Shown piece after piece: positions 45,450-56,187 of a stretch of DNA of 64,000 nt. The DNA comes from Thecamonas trahens ATCC 50062 (Eukaryota > Protista > Apusomonadida): NCBI RefSeq assembly GCF_000142905.1, contig NW_013657662.1, forward strand, positions 186,001 through 250,000, in the 5' to 3' direction. Every line of letters begins with the position of its first letter. Position 1 is the first letter of the stretch. A program made the translations under genes and the position numbers. The notes under the pieces are model-generated. The model worked only from the letters and a program-made list of their open reading frames with translations, was not told the origin of the DNA and did no database searches.

Positions 45450-46507
45450 TTAGCTCGACGCGACGGGCTCGGGCGCCGGCGACGAGGCGGCGGCCGCGGC
45501 CGGCGTCGGCGCGACGCCCAGGACGGCGTCAAAGGCGCGGAGCCGGGTGACGAGGTCGGCTTTGTCGGCGTGGCTCTCAAGTTGTGCCACCCACTTGTCG
45601 CGAATTTGGGCGGCCTTGCCCGCCACGTTCGAGTCATCGTGCGAGGTGAGGGCGGCGATGTGGCGCCCGAGGCGCGACGAGACAACGGCAATGAACGAGG
45701 TCTCGGTATTGGCGATGCGATCGAGGACCACACACAACTCAGCGACAGAGCCTGTGTTGGCCACCAGGTCGCGGTGAAGGACGAGCGTGTCCCACAGGTC
45801 GGCGTCCAGCTTCTTGAGCTGGCGCGGGCGGTCGTCGACTCTCGAGCTCCGGTACTTGGCAGCCGCCACCTTTTTGCGCGCGCGGTTGGACTTGGACGCT
45901 GCGCGCTTGCGCTTCTTGGGAGCCGCCTTCTTCTTCTTCTTTGACTTGCTCTCGGTGTAGCCCTCGTCGTCGTCGTCATCATCGTCGTCGTCGCTGGACG
46001 GAGCCGAGGCCTCAGACTCAGAGTCGACCGCAGCCCGCGCCTCCTCGCCGGCCTCGTCCATCGGTGCAGCACCGTCGTCAACCTCGTCGTCATCGTCCGA
46101 CAGAACCGTTCCGTTAACATACGCCTCCCTGGCCTTGAGCGCCCGCGCCAGGTCCTTCTTCTTGCCAAACTTGGCCAGCCCGTCGTCCCACAGCATAAAG
46201 CTCTGGTTCTTGCCCACCCACGAGAACGACTGCGCCGCCGGGACGCCAAACCAGTACACCAGCAGCGACGTAGCCTTCTTCTTCCCTGCGCCCTCGACCA
46301 CCTCGGGCGGTGCGTCGTCAGGGTCGATGACCTGCCGACAAGAATCTATGGTGAGTGTGCGGAGGGGGAGGAGGGGGGAGAGGGGGGGAGGGGGGAGGGG
46401 GGGGGGGGGGGGAGGGGGCGTACAATGCAGGGCCAGTAGGGGTGCCCACGGAGCCTGACCCAGATACATGTGTTGACAGGGTACTTGGCCTTGAGCTGTG
46501 CGGCCAT
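45450..46507 (-). CDS. PWWP domain + C-terminal TFIIS-N-like domain chromatin protein; exons 46507-46424 and 46331-45450
   Basis: IWVRLRGHPYWPCI|VIDP..LLVYWFG...FSWV (PWWP), acidic and basic linker, then SSRLGRHIAAL..VAGKAAQIRDKW (TFIIS-N-like). Confidence 0.8.
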
Positions 46508-46754
46508 GGTGGAAGGTGAGGGAGGTGGTGGTGGCCAAGGTAGAAGCAGGCGGGTGAGGTTGGCGCGAGGGGAGGAGGGGGGGGGGGGCTGGTCGGTGGT
46601 GCGGCCTGCCGGCGGCGAGTGGCGGTGGCCAGGCGGTGGCCAGACGGTGGCCGGGCGATTGCCTGGCGCCACCAACTGGCGGCTTTCACGCTATCTCTTC
46701 TGGTTCTACCCCTCCACCGGCACCCCACCCCACCACCTCCATCCCCGTGCAGCC

Positions 46755-48788
46755 ATGAGCAACTCGTCGACTGTGGTCGACAGTGCTTGGCAAGCTGCTC
46801 CTTGTGAGGTGGCTCCGCTGCAGACGGCCTGGGGTCGGGTTAAGGCTCTCCTTCACTCACGCCTGGCGGAGGCGGAGCGACGTGCCGGGGCGGCTGAAGC
46901 GAGGGCGAGGGAGGCGCAGGAATTGATTGCCGCTGCAGAGGCTCGCACAGCAGAGGCAGTGGCTGCGGCAGCGACGCTCAAGATCGCCTTGCTGGATTCA
47001 CATGCAGCGGTGCAGGCTGCGCAGGCCGACGCTGCGTCAGCCTGGGCCACCGCTGCTGATCGCAAGCAGGTGTGTGCCGAGATGGAGGCCCTGCTGGCAG
47101 AGACGGTGCAGGATCGCCGCGAGTTGGAGCTGTCGCAGGTGCTGGTGGCTGCAGGGGACTCGTCCGAGTCAATGCCATCCGAGTCAGAGCCGCCACGCCG
47201 CCTGCCGCCGCCGACGCAGGCCGTTTCGCCGCCGCAGCCAGATTCGGTCCCGGTCTCGCTCACCGAGTCGGAGGCCAGCTCGCGGTCTGACGATGACGAC
47301 GCCGAGGAGGACAGGAGCGAGTTGGCCGGCACCGACCTGATGTTGTTTGAGGATCGAGTTGCGCTTCGGATCGGCGATCTGGCCGAGAGCGTCCGCGCTC
47401 GGGCCCAGGACCAGGGCAAGGCGCTCGAGGCGCTGAGGACCACGATGGAGCTCCGCGGTTACATGGGTCAACCCGACGCTGCCGGCCGAGTTGTGGCTCT
47501 GAATGCCGCGCTCCAGGCGGTGTCGGAGGAAGCTGCGCACCTGCGTCGCCGGGCTGTGGCTGCCGAGGTGGCCCTGGTGGCGGCGGCGGTGCCGACCAAA
47601 GACGCGCTGCTGGACGCGTTGGGTGAGGCTCAGCGGCTGCGGACTGAGCTTGCCCATGCGCGTGCCGAGCGGGATGCTGTTTTTGACATGCATGACGCCG
47701 TGGTGGAAGCACTGTTGCTCCCTGCGGATGCCAAACTCGACTCGGCCCGGGCGCGGATTGAGGCCCTGGGCACCATGCTAGCAGCCAAGAGCGACGAGGC
47801 TGCTCGCGACCGCGCCGGTTTCCAGATTGCGCTGGCATGGCGAAAGCGCGCAAACGCCAAACTCCGTGCGCAGTTGCGCGAGCTGCAACTATCGCAGCCA
47901 AGCTCGATCCAGGAGACCGACGACGAGAGCATCGAGCGTCTCCGAATCCGGTTGGCAGGCGCCGAAGCCGCATGTCTGCACAGTTCACGAGTGGCGGCTG
48001 CCACCAAAGATTCGCTCATCGCCGCACTTGGGCGAGTCCAGGAACTCGAGCACAAGGTAGCGGCTGCAACCGCCGCACGCAACGCGGCCGATGCTGAGCG
48101 CGAGGGCCTCGTTGAAGCCGTACTCCTCCCTACCGATGCCAAGCTCGACTCGGCGAGGGCGCGGATCGAGGCTCTGGGCACCATGCTGGCGGCCACGAGT
48201 GACGACGCCGCCCGTGACCGTGCCGGTTTCAAGATTGCTCTGGCCTGGCAAAGGCGGACTATTGCCAAACTACGGAGCGAGAGCGGGTCGTCCACCAAAG
48301 GCTGCGACCGCATGTCGGCTATCAAAGGCGCGCTCATCGCCGCACTTGCGCGGGTCCAGGAACTCGAACACAAGGTAGCGGCTGCAACCGCCGCACGCAA
48401 CGCGGCCGATGCTGAGCGTGAGGGCCTGGTTGAAGCCGTACTCCTCCCTACCGACGCCAAGCTCGACTCGGCGAGGGCGCGGATCGAGGCTCTGGGCACC
48501 ATGCTGGCGACCAGAAGTGATGCTGCCGCCCGTGACCGTGCCGGCTTTCAGATAGCACTGGCGTGGCGGCGCCGGGTAGTGGCCAAGCACCGAGCGTACA
48601 TTGCACAGCTGGAGAGCGAGAACGCCAGCTTGGTCAAGGCACTCGAGGAAGCTCGGGCGGGTGGCCGCAAGGTGGCTAGTCGGCTGGACGAGTCCAAGCG
48701 AACTATTGCCGGGCAGCGGATCGCCATGGCATGGATGCGGAAACGTCTAGCACGGCACCAGGTACCTCAGACGTCTGCGCTGCAGTAG
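46755..48788 (+). CDS. Coiled-coil protein with three internal ~90-aa repeats
   Basis: Three copies of L..AL..V.EL....VEA.LLP.DAKLDSARARIEALGTMLA..SD.AARDRAGF.IALAW. Confidence 0.7.
   Translation: MSNSSTVVDSAWQAAPCEVAPLQTAWGRVKALLHSRLAEAERRAGAAEARAREAQELIAAAEARTAEAVAAAATLKIALLDSHAAVQAAQADAASAWATAADRKQVCAEMEALLAETVQDRRELELSQVLVAAGDSSESMPSESEPPRRLPPPTQAVSPPQPDSVPVSLTESEASSRSDDDDAEEDRSELAGTDLMLFEDRVALRIGDLAESVRARAQDQGKALEALRTTMELRGYMGQPDAAGRVVALNAALQAVSEEAAHLRRRAVAAEVALVAAAVPTKDALLDALGEAQRLRTELAHARAERDAVFDMHDAVVEALLLPADAKLDSARARIEALGTMLAAKSDEAARDRAGFQIALAWRKRANAKLRAQLRELQLSQPSSIQETDDESIERLRIRLAGAEAACLHSSRVAAATKDSLIAALGRVQELEHKVAAATAARNAADAEREGLVEAVLLPTDAKLDSARARIEALGTMLAATSDDAARDRAGFKIALAWQRRTIAKLRSESGSSTKGCDRMSAIKGALIAALARVQELEHKVAAATAARNAADAEREGLVEAVLLPTDAKLDSARARIEALGTMLATRSDAAARDRAGFQIALAWRRRVVAKHRAYIAQLESENASLVKALEEARAGGRKVASRLDESKRTIAGQRIAMAWMRKRLARHQVPQTSALQ
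48015..48575 (+). repeat. Near-identical intragenic tandem duplication (318-nt period), with an older copy at ~47600-47840
   Basis: ctcatcgccgcacttg at 48015 and 48333, followed by about 240 nt of high identity. Confidence 0.85.
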
Positions 48789-48816
48789 AACTAATGCAGG
48801 AGCAGAGACAAATGGT

Positions 48817-50088
48817 TTACACGCCAAAGTCGTCACCGAGGTCAAAGGCAGAGCGATAAGGCTTGGGCAGGAGCGGGCAGGCGCCGGTCTTAGGCTTGGC
48901 GAAGAGCATGTGGCGGACTGAGGCGACGCTCTCGTAGCCAAAGTCGCGGAGGTTCTGTGGAAGCAGCATACCCAGCTCGCCGATGACCCGCCACATGCCA
49001 CCAAGACGCTGCATGACATAGAACGCTGCCGCTGACTTCATCAGCAGGCGCCCATCGGCGGTGACCACTAGGACCGAGTCCGGAAGAGGCCCAGCCTTGG
49101 CCTCGTCATACAGGCCCGAGTCAAGGACGAGCCGCTTGCACAGCGGCGACTGGAGTGGGGTAAAGACAAAAGGCAACGTTGAACGCTGCGCCTCGGCCAT
49201 GACCAGCCGGAGGAATCGGTGGCAGAGCCCGCAATCGCCATCATACAGGACCCGGTCACGGGCGGTGGAGCCCGGCGCCACCGGCGCACAAGCGCACGCC
49301 GGCACCCATTGAGGCTCAAAGGCAACAAGATGGAGAATGGCAAGGCCGAGGCTCGCGCCCAAGCCCGAAAGCGAGGTGCTGCCGTCGATACCCGACGCCG
49401 CGAGTGCCGCCGCCGCAATCTGCGCCACAAACGAGGCGTGCCAGATTGCGGCACGAGTGACTGGCGCCGCGAGCGCGGCAACGCCGGCCAGAAACAAACC
49501 GCCTAGCGGGCTGCCCAGAGCCCGCAGTCCCAGCGGCGTGTCTCCCCCCGGCCAAGCAGCAGCGATGGCCAGGAGCCCGTTGGCGTACGCCATCACCACC
49601 ACCGCCCAGGCCAGCACAGTGCTCGCCGGAGCAACAGAAAAGTCCCCACGCGGATCAACACGAACCCGTGCCGGCCAAGAGCCGTACGGTGCGCCACGGG
49701 CGGCAGCCAGGGCTGCCAGCGCCGCCAGCGTCGGCATCAGCGGAGGCAGGCCCGCAGCCTGTGCCGGCGGCCACGGGAACACCGCCGCCGTCGCCCGCCT
49801 GTCTGCCCACCACGCCAGTACACAGCCAGACGCCACCGCCAGCGGACGAGTCGCCACTCCGACAACCACCCCAACTGCGGCTGCCGCCAGGAGGAGCGCA
49901 ACCAGGCCCGGCGAGACGAGCGCCGCAAGCAGACCTGACGGCGCCGAGTTGGACGCCTCCTGCGAACCGCCCGACGCCACCACGCAGGCAAGAGCGAGAA
50001 GATGCAACCCAACCGCAGCCCGAACCACAGAAAACTGCCCGCCTGTCCATCCAGCATGCATGTTGAGGGCGCCACCAAGCTCTGGCAT
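48817..50088 (-). CDS. Membrane (HTTM-like) domain fused to a DCC1/DUF393 thiol-disulfide oxidoreductase
   Basis: GWTGGQFSVVR N-terminus, APYGSW.AR.R.DP.G.F, then VLYDGDCGLCHRF..F.PLQS..LPDSVLV..KSAA..LGGMW..P..LRDFGY..VA..R..FAKP...CP. Confidence 0.8.
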   Translation of the reverse strand: MPELGGALNMHAGWTGGQFSVVRAAVGLHLLALACVVASGGSQEASNSAPSGLLAALVSPGLVALLLAAAAVGVVVGVATRPLAVASGCVLAWWADRRATAAVFPWPPAQAAGLPPLMPTLAALAALAAARGAPYGSWPARVRVDPRGDFSVAPASTVLAWAVVVMAYANGLLAIAAAWPGGDTPLGLRALGSPLGGLFLAGVAALAAPVTRAAIWHASFVAQIAAAALAASGIDGSTSLSGLGASLGLAILHLVAFEPQWVPACACAPVAPGSTARDRVLYDGDCGLCHRFLRLVMAEAQRSTLPFVFTPLQSPLCKRLVLDSGLYDEAKAGPLPDSVLVVTADGRLLMKSAAAFYVMQRLGGMWRVIGELGMLLPQNLRDFGYESVASVRHMLFAKPKTGACPLLPKPYRSAFDLGDDFGV

Positions 50089-50596
50089 GAGCGTCGGCCC
50101 GGGGAAGGAAGGGGGGGGGGGGAGGGGGGGTGAGAGGTGATCGTGGACGAGACAATTGTGGTGGTCGCAGCAATTGTACGGATCGTGACAAAAAGGTCGC
50201 GATGGTGATGGTGGTGGTCGTGGTCTGGCATGGTGATGGTGGTCTTGGTCCGACGTGGTGATGGTGGTCTTGGTCCGACATGGTGATGGTGGATGTGTTC
50301 CGGCTTCCCATCATCCCCTCGCTCTGTCACATGTGCGCGCGGGCGGGCAGCCAACCGGCCTCTGTTCGCGATCCACTCAGCGGGGAAGGGGAAGGCCTAC
50401 ATCACAGCCAGGTACTTATTTTGTGGCCACCCTCGAGCCAACCTGCAGTCCAGAAGCAGGAGGAGAAGGAGGTCGTTCCGGCAGAGGGTAGGCGTGGAGT
50501 CCACGGCGAGTCCACGCGTGCGGCCAACGGCAAAAAAAGCGGCAGCCACGCAAGAACGAGCCGAGTGGCCACCTGACGCCGGCGAGAAAAAATCTC

Positions 50597-53500
50597 ATGT
50601 CGGCGCCACCCCTGCCGTCCAAGGTACCGGGAGCAGCCATGGGTGTTGGACAGGGTCCGCGTCGAGGCTCGCATACCTCCAAGCCCGTGCCTCCCAAGGC
50701 GGCCGGCCCAAAGCCGCCTCCTGTTGGCCCTAAGCCTACTACAAGGCCCAAGCCGCTCGCCACGGCTCGATCGTCGTCGCACGCGTCGTCACGACCTGGC
50801 AACCCTGGAGAGGGCAAGCTCCCGCCGCCGCGCCCACCGCCGCCTGCAGCAGGAGCCGTCACAGCTACAGCCCCCCGCCGGAAAAGCCGCCGGTCACCAG
50901 CCCGAAGAACGACTCTGCCGCGGTGTTGACGCCTGCCTCGTCACCTTTGCCGCCCGGGGCCTCGCCCGGCTCTGATCGTGCTGACGCGCCCGTCGTGCCG
51001 CCCGCCCGTACTGCCTCGCTGGGTGTGCACTCGCCGGCCAAGGGTGAAACAGGCGCTAGCGCGCCGCCGTCCGACGCGGCTCAGGCGGACATTGGGGCGC
51101 GGTTTACCTCGCCAGAGTCGTATGCACTTGCTGCCGCGCTGGTTGGCACGCCCGAGGGCGAGCGGTCAGTGGTGCTCAAGAAAACGCTCGGCGGGACAGC
51201 CGACGACGACGCCACGCCTTCGCCGCGGGCTAGCACCTTTGCCGAGCGCCGCCCCGACGTCATCTCATTCATCAACGCACAGTACTCTGCACACAGCCAC
51301 GTCGAGGTCGACGACAGCGATGTCGACGACGCCGCGGCCGACGTCGGCCTCGCAGACCCAGAAGCGGTAGCCGACGCAAACGCTGCGGCAGCCCAGCTTG
51401 CGCGCCAGCGCGCTACAACCGCAGCGTCGGCCGGCAAGGCCAAGAAGAAGAAGAAGAAGGCCAAGCGGCGGAAGCGCGGCGGCGTCGGTAGGTTCCAGGG
51501 CGTCTCCGATGACCGCCCGCTGACGTCGACGTCGGGCGAGGCGTTCACCAAGCTTCGCAAGCCCAAACTGCTGCGGCAGACGGCGACGCATGTTCCGGAT
51601 CTCCTCCCAATCGGGGCGGCGGCGCCGTCGCAGGCCTTTGCTGTCGACGACTCGTACGAGAGCTCGTCGTCGACCTCATCGGGCACGGTGCATCGGCACC
51701 GGATACGGCACAACATGCGCGACGTGCAGGATGAGGTGGCTGAGCTCCACCAGGCCGTCTCGCGCATTTCATCGCAGCACTCAAAGATGATGCGCGGAAA
51801 GCAACTGTTTGCCTTCCGTCTTTTCAAGCGCGAGAAGCGGGTCCTCCGCGCCGAAAACGACTACCTCCGCGACCGAGTCAAGATGCTCGAGGACTCGGTC
51901 GACAAGCTCCGCGAGCAACAGGTGGTCATGACCACCGAGATCGAGACCTATCGCCAGACGGTCGAGAACCTCGGCCAGCAGTTTGCCGAGACTGTGCTCA
52001 CCATCCAGGCCCAGCATGAGATGTTCCTCGCCCGCCAGGAAGTGGTCATGGACTACGAGAAGACCATCGCCGATCACTACTACTACCTCCGTCAGCGTGC
52101 CGAGGAGGAGAATCCGTCGCCGCTGGCAGGGGCGCTGGCGAACCAGAACCAGAGCCACAGCACGACGAGCCTAACCTCGCATCCGTCAGGCGAGCTGAGT
52201 GCCTCGGAGACCGCAGGCGAGTCGACGGCGGCGGCACTCGCGGTGGCCATGGCATCGTCGAACGCTCCACCGACTGGTGTCGACTCGACCGGCTCGCCGT
52301 TTTGCGTGCCGGAGGGCATGTGCTGGGTGTGCAACAAGCTGCTCAACGGCGACGAGACAACGGTCAAGGGTCATACCATTCATCGGTCGAAGAAGACCTG
52401 CCTTCGGCTGCTTCCGGCCAAGCTCAAGGAGGAAAAGGCGTTCCTTGCAGCTGCAGCCAGCAATGTCTCGATCGACGACGAGCTCAACGACGCCATGAAC
52501 ATGCTCATGGACGCATCAGATGCGTCGGTGGACTCTGTCCCGCCGTCGGTACTGACGCTCAACATGAGCAGCTCGGCGACGCCGCCGCTCAGCGGCTCCG
52601 AGTCGCGGCGGCGGTCGGCGACGATTGTGCGAATGCCGCAGTTTTCGCCGAGCCTGGAGCCGTCATCGCCGGCGCACGGCTCAGCCCCGCCGTCACCGGC
52701 CGACTCGTCGGGCACCGACCGCGACGAGTCGCCGGCGCGGATGGCCAACTCGCGGCAGATGCGGGCCGGGACTAAGCGATCGTCAACGGTGGCGGCGCGG
52801 CCGAATCGGCCGGCGCTGACGCTGGATCAGCCTGCCGTTGTTCCGCAGACCACCGAGTTCGAGCTCGAGTCGGAGACTGAGAAGCGTTCGTTCCGGGTGG
52901 CTGGGCCGGTCAACACTGTGGCGGAGCGGCAGCTGTTGAAATTTGTCTCGACGTGCTCCCCGCAGAACCTGCTTGACGTGCGGTGCTCGGGCTGGCTGGG
53001 CAAGCGCAAGGGCAAGGTCTCCAAGTCGTTCACCAAGATGTTTGGCTGGAACCGGCGGTTTTTTGTCCAGCACAGCAACTATCTCACCTACTTTCGCAAT
53101 GAGTCGTCCAAGTCGCCGCTGTGGTCGATCCCGCTACGCAACACCACCCTCGAGACGGCTATTTTGTCGAAGAAGCACCTCATCACGCTCTCTAACCCTG
53201 TTTTTGAGCGCATGTTCCAGTTTATGGCATACTCGCAGCGTGACTATGACATTTGGTGCGAGGTCCTGGCCAAGGCCATCTCTCAGGCCAATTCGCCCGA
53301 GGCCAAGCTCGACCACCTGGCGGTTGCGCCCAGCGGCGGTGACGATGGCAAGCACGCGGCTGTCAAGCGGGTCTCAGTTGACCTCTCGTCAAACACCGGG
53401 ACCACGTCGGAGGACCTACTGTCGTCGCCGGACGCCTCGCCGGCGTGCTCTCCGCCGTCGTCGCCGCGGAGCTCAGCGGAGCGGGTCCCTGCTCCCGTCG

Positions 53501-54264
53501 TCGTCACGCCAGAGGTGGGCGGTAGCGAAGGACCGCCGCCGGCGCTGCCGTCGCGGCAGCCAGGCAAGCGTCGGAGGGTCACCATGCGGTCAGCGCCGGG
53601 CTCGCGCCCGCTGCCCGGAACGCCGCCAGGACCGCCGCCCAAGCCGCTCTCGACGGGCTCGTCGGGCTCGGCCGGCTCGGCCGGCTCGGGTGAGCAAGCT
53701 GCAAGCGAGAGTGAAGCTTCAGTGCCAAGCACCGTCGACGATGACAATGACGACGACGACGACGACGACGATGACGATGACGAAGATGTCGATGCAGGCG
53801 CACACTCGGGTCCCGGCTCGTCCAAGCCGCGGGTCCTCCCGCTTGTCGCTCGCGGTGGGCGGTTCCGGACGCGGTCGACTACGCTCGGTGGAGCGCCTTC
53901 GCGGGCCATCCCACCGCCCAAGCCGTCGCCGCCGCCTTCCAAGCCGCGCCGTCCCCCGTCGCAAGTCCTCGAGCAGGTGGCTGCTCTCAAGGCGCGGCGG
54001 CCGCCAAGCGGCTCGGGTGGCTCGGGGAGTGTCGGTGACGCCCTCGACGCGGGCGGCTCTGACTGCGCGGCTGCGGCCGAAAAGTCCCCGCCGTCGACAG
54101 AGCCGTCTCCAACACCGGCCAAGGAGGTGGACCACGAGCTGGAGGTGCCCCGCAAGGACGCCCAGCTCATATCAGAAGCGGTTGTGGCCAAAGAGGAGGA
54201 GGCCAAGCCGCTGCAGGTGGGGGAAGGGCAAGGCGGACTCGACTTGGAAGAGTTTGGCTTTTGA
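50597..54264 (+). CDS. Pro-rich, coiled-coil and PH-domain protein with a LIM-like Zn knuckle; frameshift at 50871-50876
   Basis: PH: CSGWLGKRKG..GWNRRFFV..LTYF..P...IPL..FMAYSQRDYDIWCEVL. Zn knuckle CWVC..H..C. The upstream Pro-rich ORF joins with one extra C. Confidence 0.7.
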
Positions 54265-54314
54265 GCGCAATATCAAGGCAGAGAAGGCGTGTTACGAATG
54301 AACAAAGAGCTGGC

Positions 54315-55807
54315 CTATGAGACTCGACACTCGGGCGCCGGTGCGTGCGAGCCATCGAGCTCGTCAACCTCCAGCTCGTGGATGGTGGAGATGTGGCGTG
54401 CCGCGGCAACGTTGAGCAGGTGCATACGGCGGCCGCAGTGGATGACGACCTCGTCGCGCATTGCCCACTTTGCGTAGGCGAGCGGAGTTTGAACCAGAGC
54501 AAGGAGGCTGTTGAGCTGTGGGAGCCAGGGCGCAATCAGGATGGCCGGCCGCGATGCCTCGTTCTCAGCGTACGAGCCATGCTGGACGGCCGCGAGGCCG
54601 TGGAGGGGGTGGGCGCGGTGCCGACCGAGACGATGCGGCGATTGACGTTGAGCGAGAGGCCGTCGAGCCAGGTCTGGGTAAACTCGCCGCCGGCGATGGT
54701 AGCGCCGGCGGCCTGCGAGGCGAGCGCAGACGCTTGGACGGCGACATTGGAGAGTTGTGCGTACGCCGGATTGTCAGCGAGCTCATCGGCCCAGGCGCCC
54801 GAGTGTGAGCAGTCGGCAATAATGACGAGGCGGGAGCCGGCGGCGCACGCGGCCGAGAGTTGCCAGGCCGCCATCATGTCGGCAAAGGAGAAGCGCGGTG
54901 AGGAGACAGCCCAGTCGCCGGTTCCCACTTGGGCGCGGCCGGTGTAGTACACGATGTAGTGCGAGTGGACCGGATCGACGTCGAAAAGTTGCGGATGTAG
55001 CGGGCGAGCTCTTCCGGCGAGCCGCCGCCGATGCGGGTGGCATGGTGGCCAAAGACCTCAATGCGGCGGTCGCGGAGGGCGCCGACCATCCGCGACATGT
55101 CGCACGAGTATGACGCCAGCTCAGCTTCGGCCGACACGTCGACCGGACCTGCACCGGGCTCACTCTCACCGCCGACCTCGGCCGCGAGGGCGGCGGCGTC
55201 GAGATGGACGCGTTTGCGGTCGCCGCGCTCGACATTGCCGTCAGGTCCATAGTACGAGAAGAGCAGGGCAGTGGAGGTCAGCTGAGTGACTTTGCCGGAG
55301 CGCAGGGCGGCGACAGCATCGCGCTGACCCTTGACGAGTGCGGGCGCGCCCGGATTGAGGAGCAAGCCGTCCTGAAAGGTGCGATAGGCTAGCGCGTACT
55401 CGCGGAGCTGCAGATGGCAAAGGCCTTTGCGATGGTAACCAGCCGGGTTCTTCCGCTTCAAATTGATCATGATCTGAGCATCGCCCACGCACAGCTGGAA
55501 CTTGCGAAGCTTGAGAAAGCAGAGCGAGCGCATTGAGTGGAGCTTAAAGTCGCCGCTCTGCAGCTCGATGGCGGTCGAGAAGTGCTGCGACGCGCCCTCG
55601 TACTTTTTCTGCGCATACGCCTTCTGCCCGGCTTTACGCGCTGCACCGAGGGCCTGTGGATGGGGAGGAGGAGGGGAGGGTGAGGCGTTGGGGGGTGGAG
55701 GGGTGGGGGGGTGGGGTGGGGGGGAGGGGGGGAGAGCGGGAGTGGGCGGTGCGTACCTCGAGGCGCTCCAGCTCGGCCTCCTCCTCCTTGGTCATGCGCT
55801 GGGCCAT
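54315..55807 (-). CDS. TPR (STI1-like) + TMEM168-C-terminal/caspase-like domain protein; exon 55807-55757, intron to 55654, frameshifts at 54984-54987 and 54605-54609
   Basis: GQKAYAQKKYEGA..HFSTAI..SMRSLCFLKL..GYHRKG (TPRs), then HYIVYYTGRAQVGTGDWAV..RLVIIADCSHSGAW..VAVQAS. Confidence 0.65.
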
Positions 55808-56187
55808 GGTGAGTGAAGGCCAAAGGGGTGGCCGTGGTGAGGTGTAGGTATAGGTGGGGAGGAAGGGGGGGGGGGTAGGGGGGGGAGTGGGGTGGCGGTC
55901 GGGTCGTCCAGTCTCGGCTGTGCCTGCAGCGGGGGGCCACCACCGCCAACGGTTTGTCGACAGGGCGTGCCGGCGACGGCAGCCAGCCGGGGCAGCCAGC
56001 CAGCTGGGGCAGCCAGCCAGCCGGGGCAGCCAGCCAGCCGGGGCAGCCAGACGGCCACGGTTGGTGGCGGTGGCACTTCCTTCGGTGACACCAACCACAC
56101 ACTGCCCTCCCCCTCTACTGGGTCGGGCTGTGGCGGCAGCATACTCCTCCCCCCTTCCCCTCCTCCTTTTTTTACAAAGTACCTTTG

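Noticed and set aside
50200-50314. His-rich minus-strand ORFs (HHHHVGPRPPSP) upstream of the DCC1 gene
   Set aside because: They arise from a TGG/TGA-rich promoter repeat with no clear splice link to the ATG at 50088.
54167-54538. In-frame TGA at 54536-54538 followed by an open frame, considered as selenocysteine or readthrough
   Set aside because: The shifted frame from the G-run at 54605-54609 gives a more protein-like sequence ending at 54315; no SECIS recognised.
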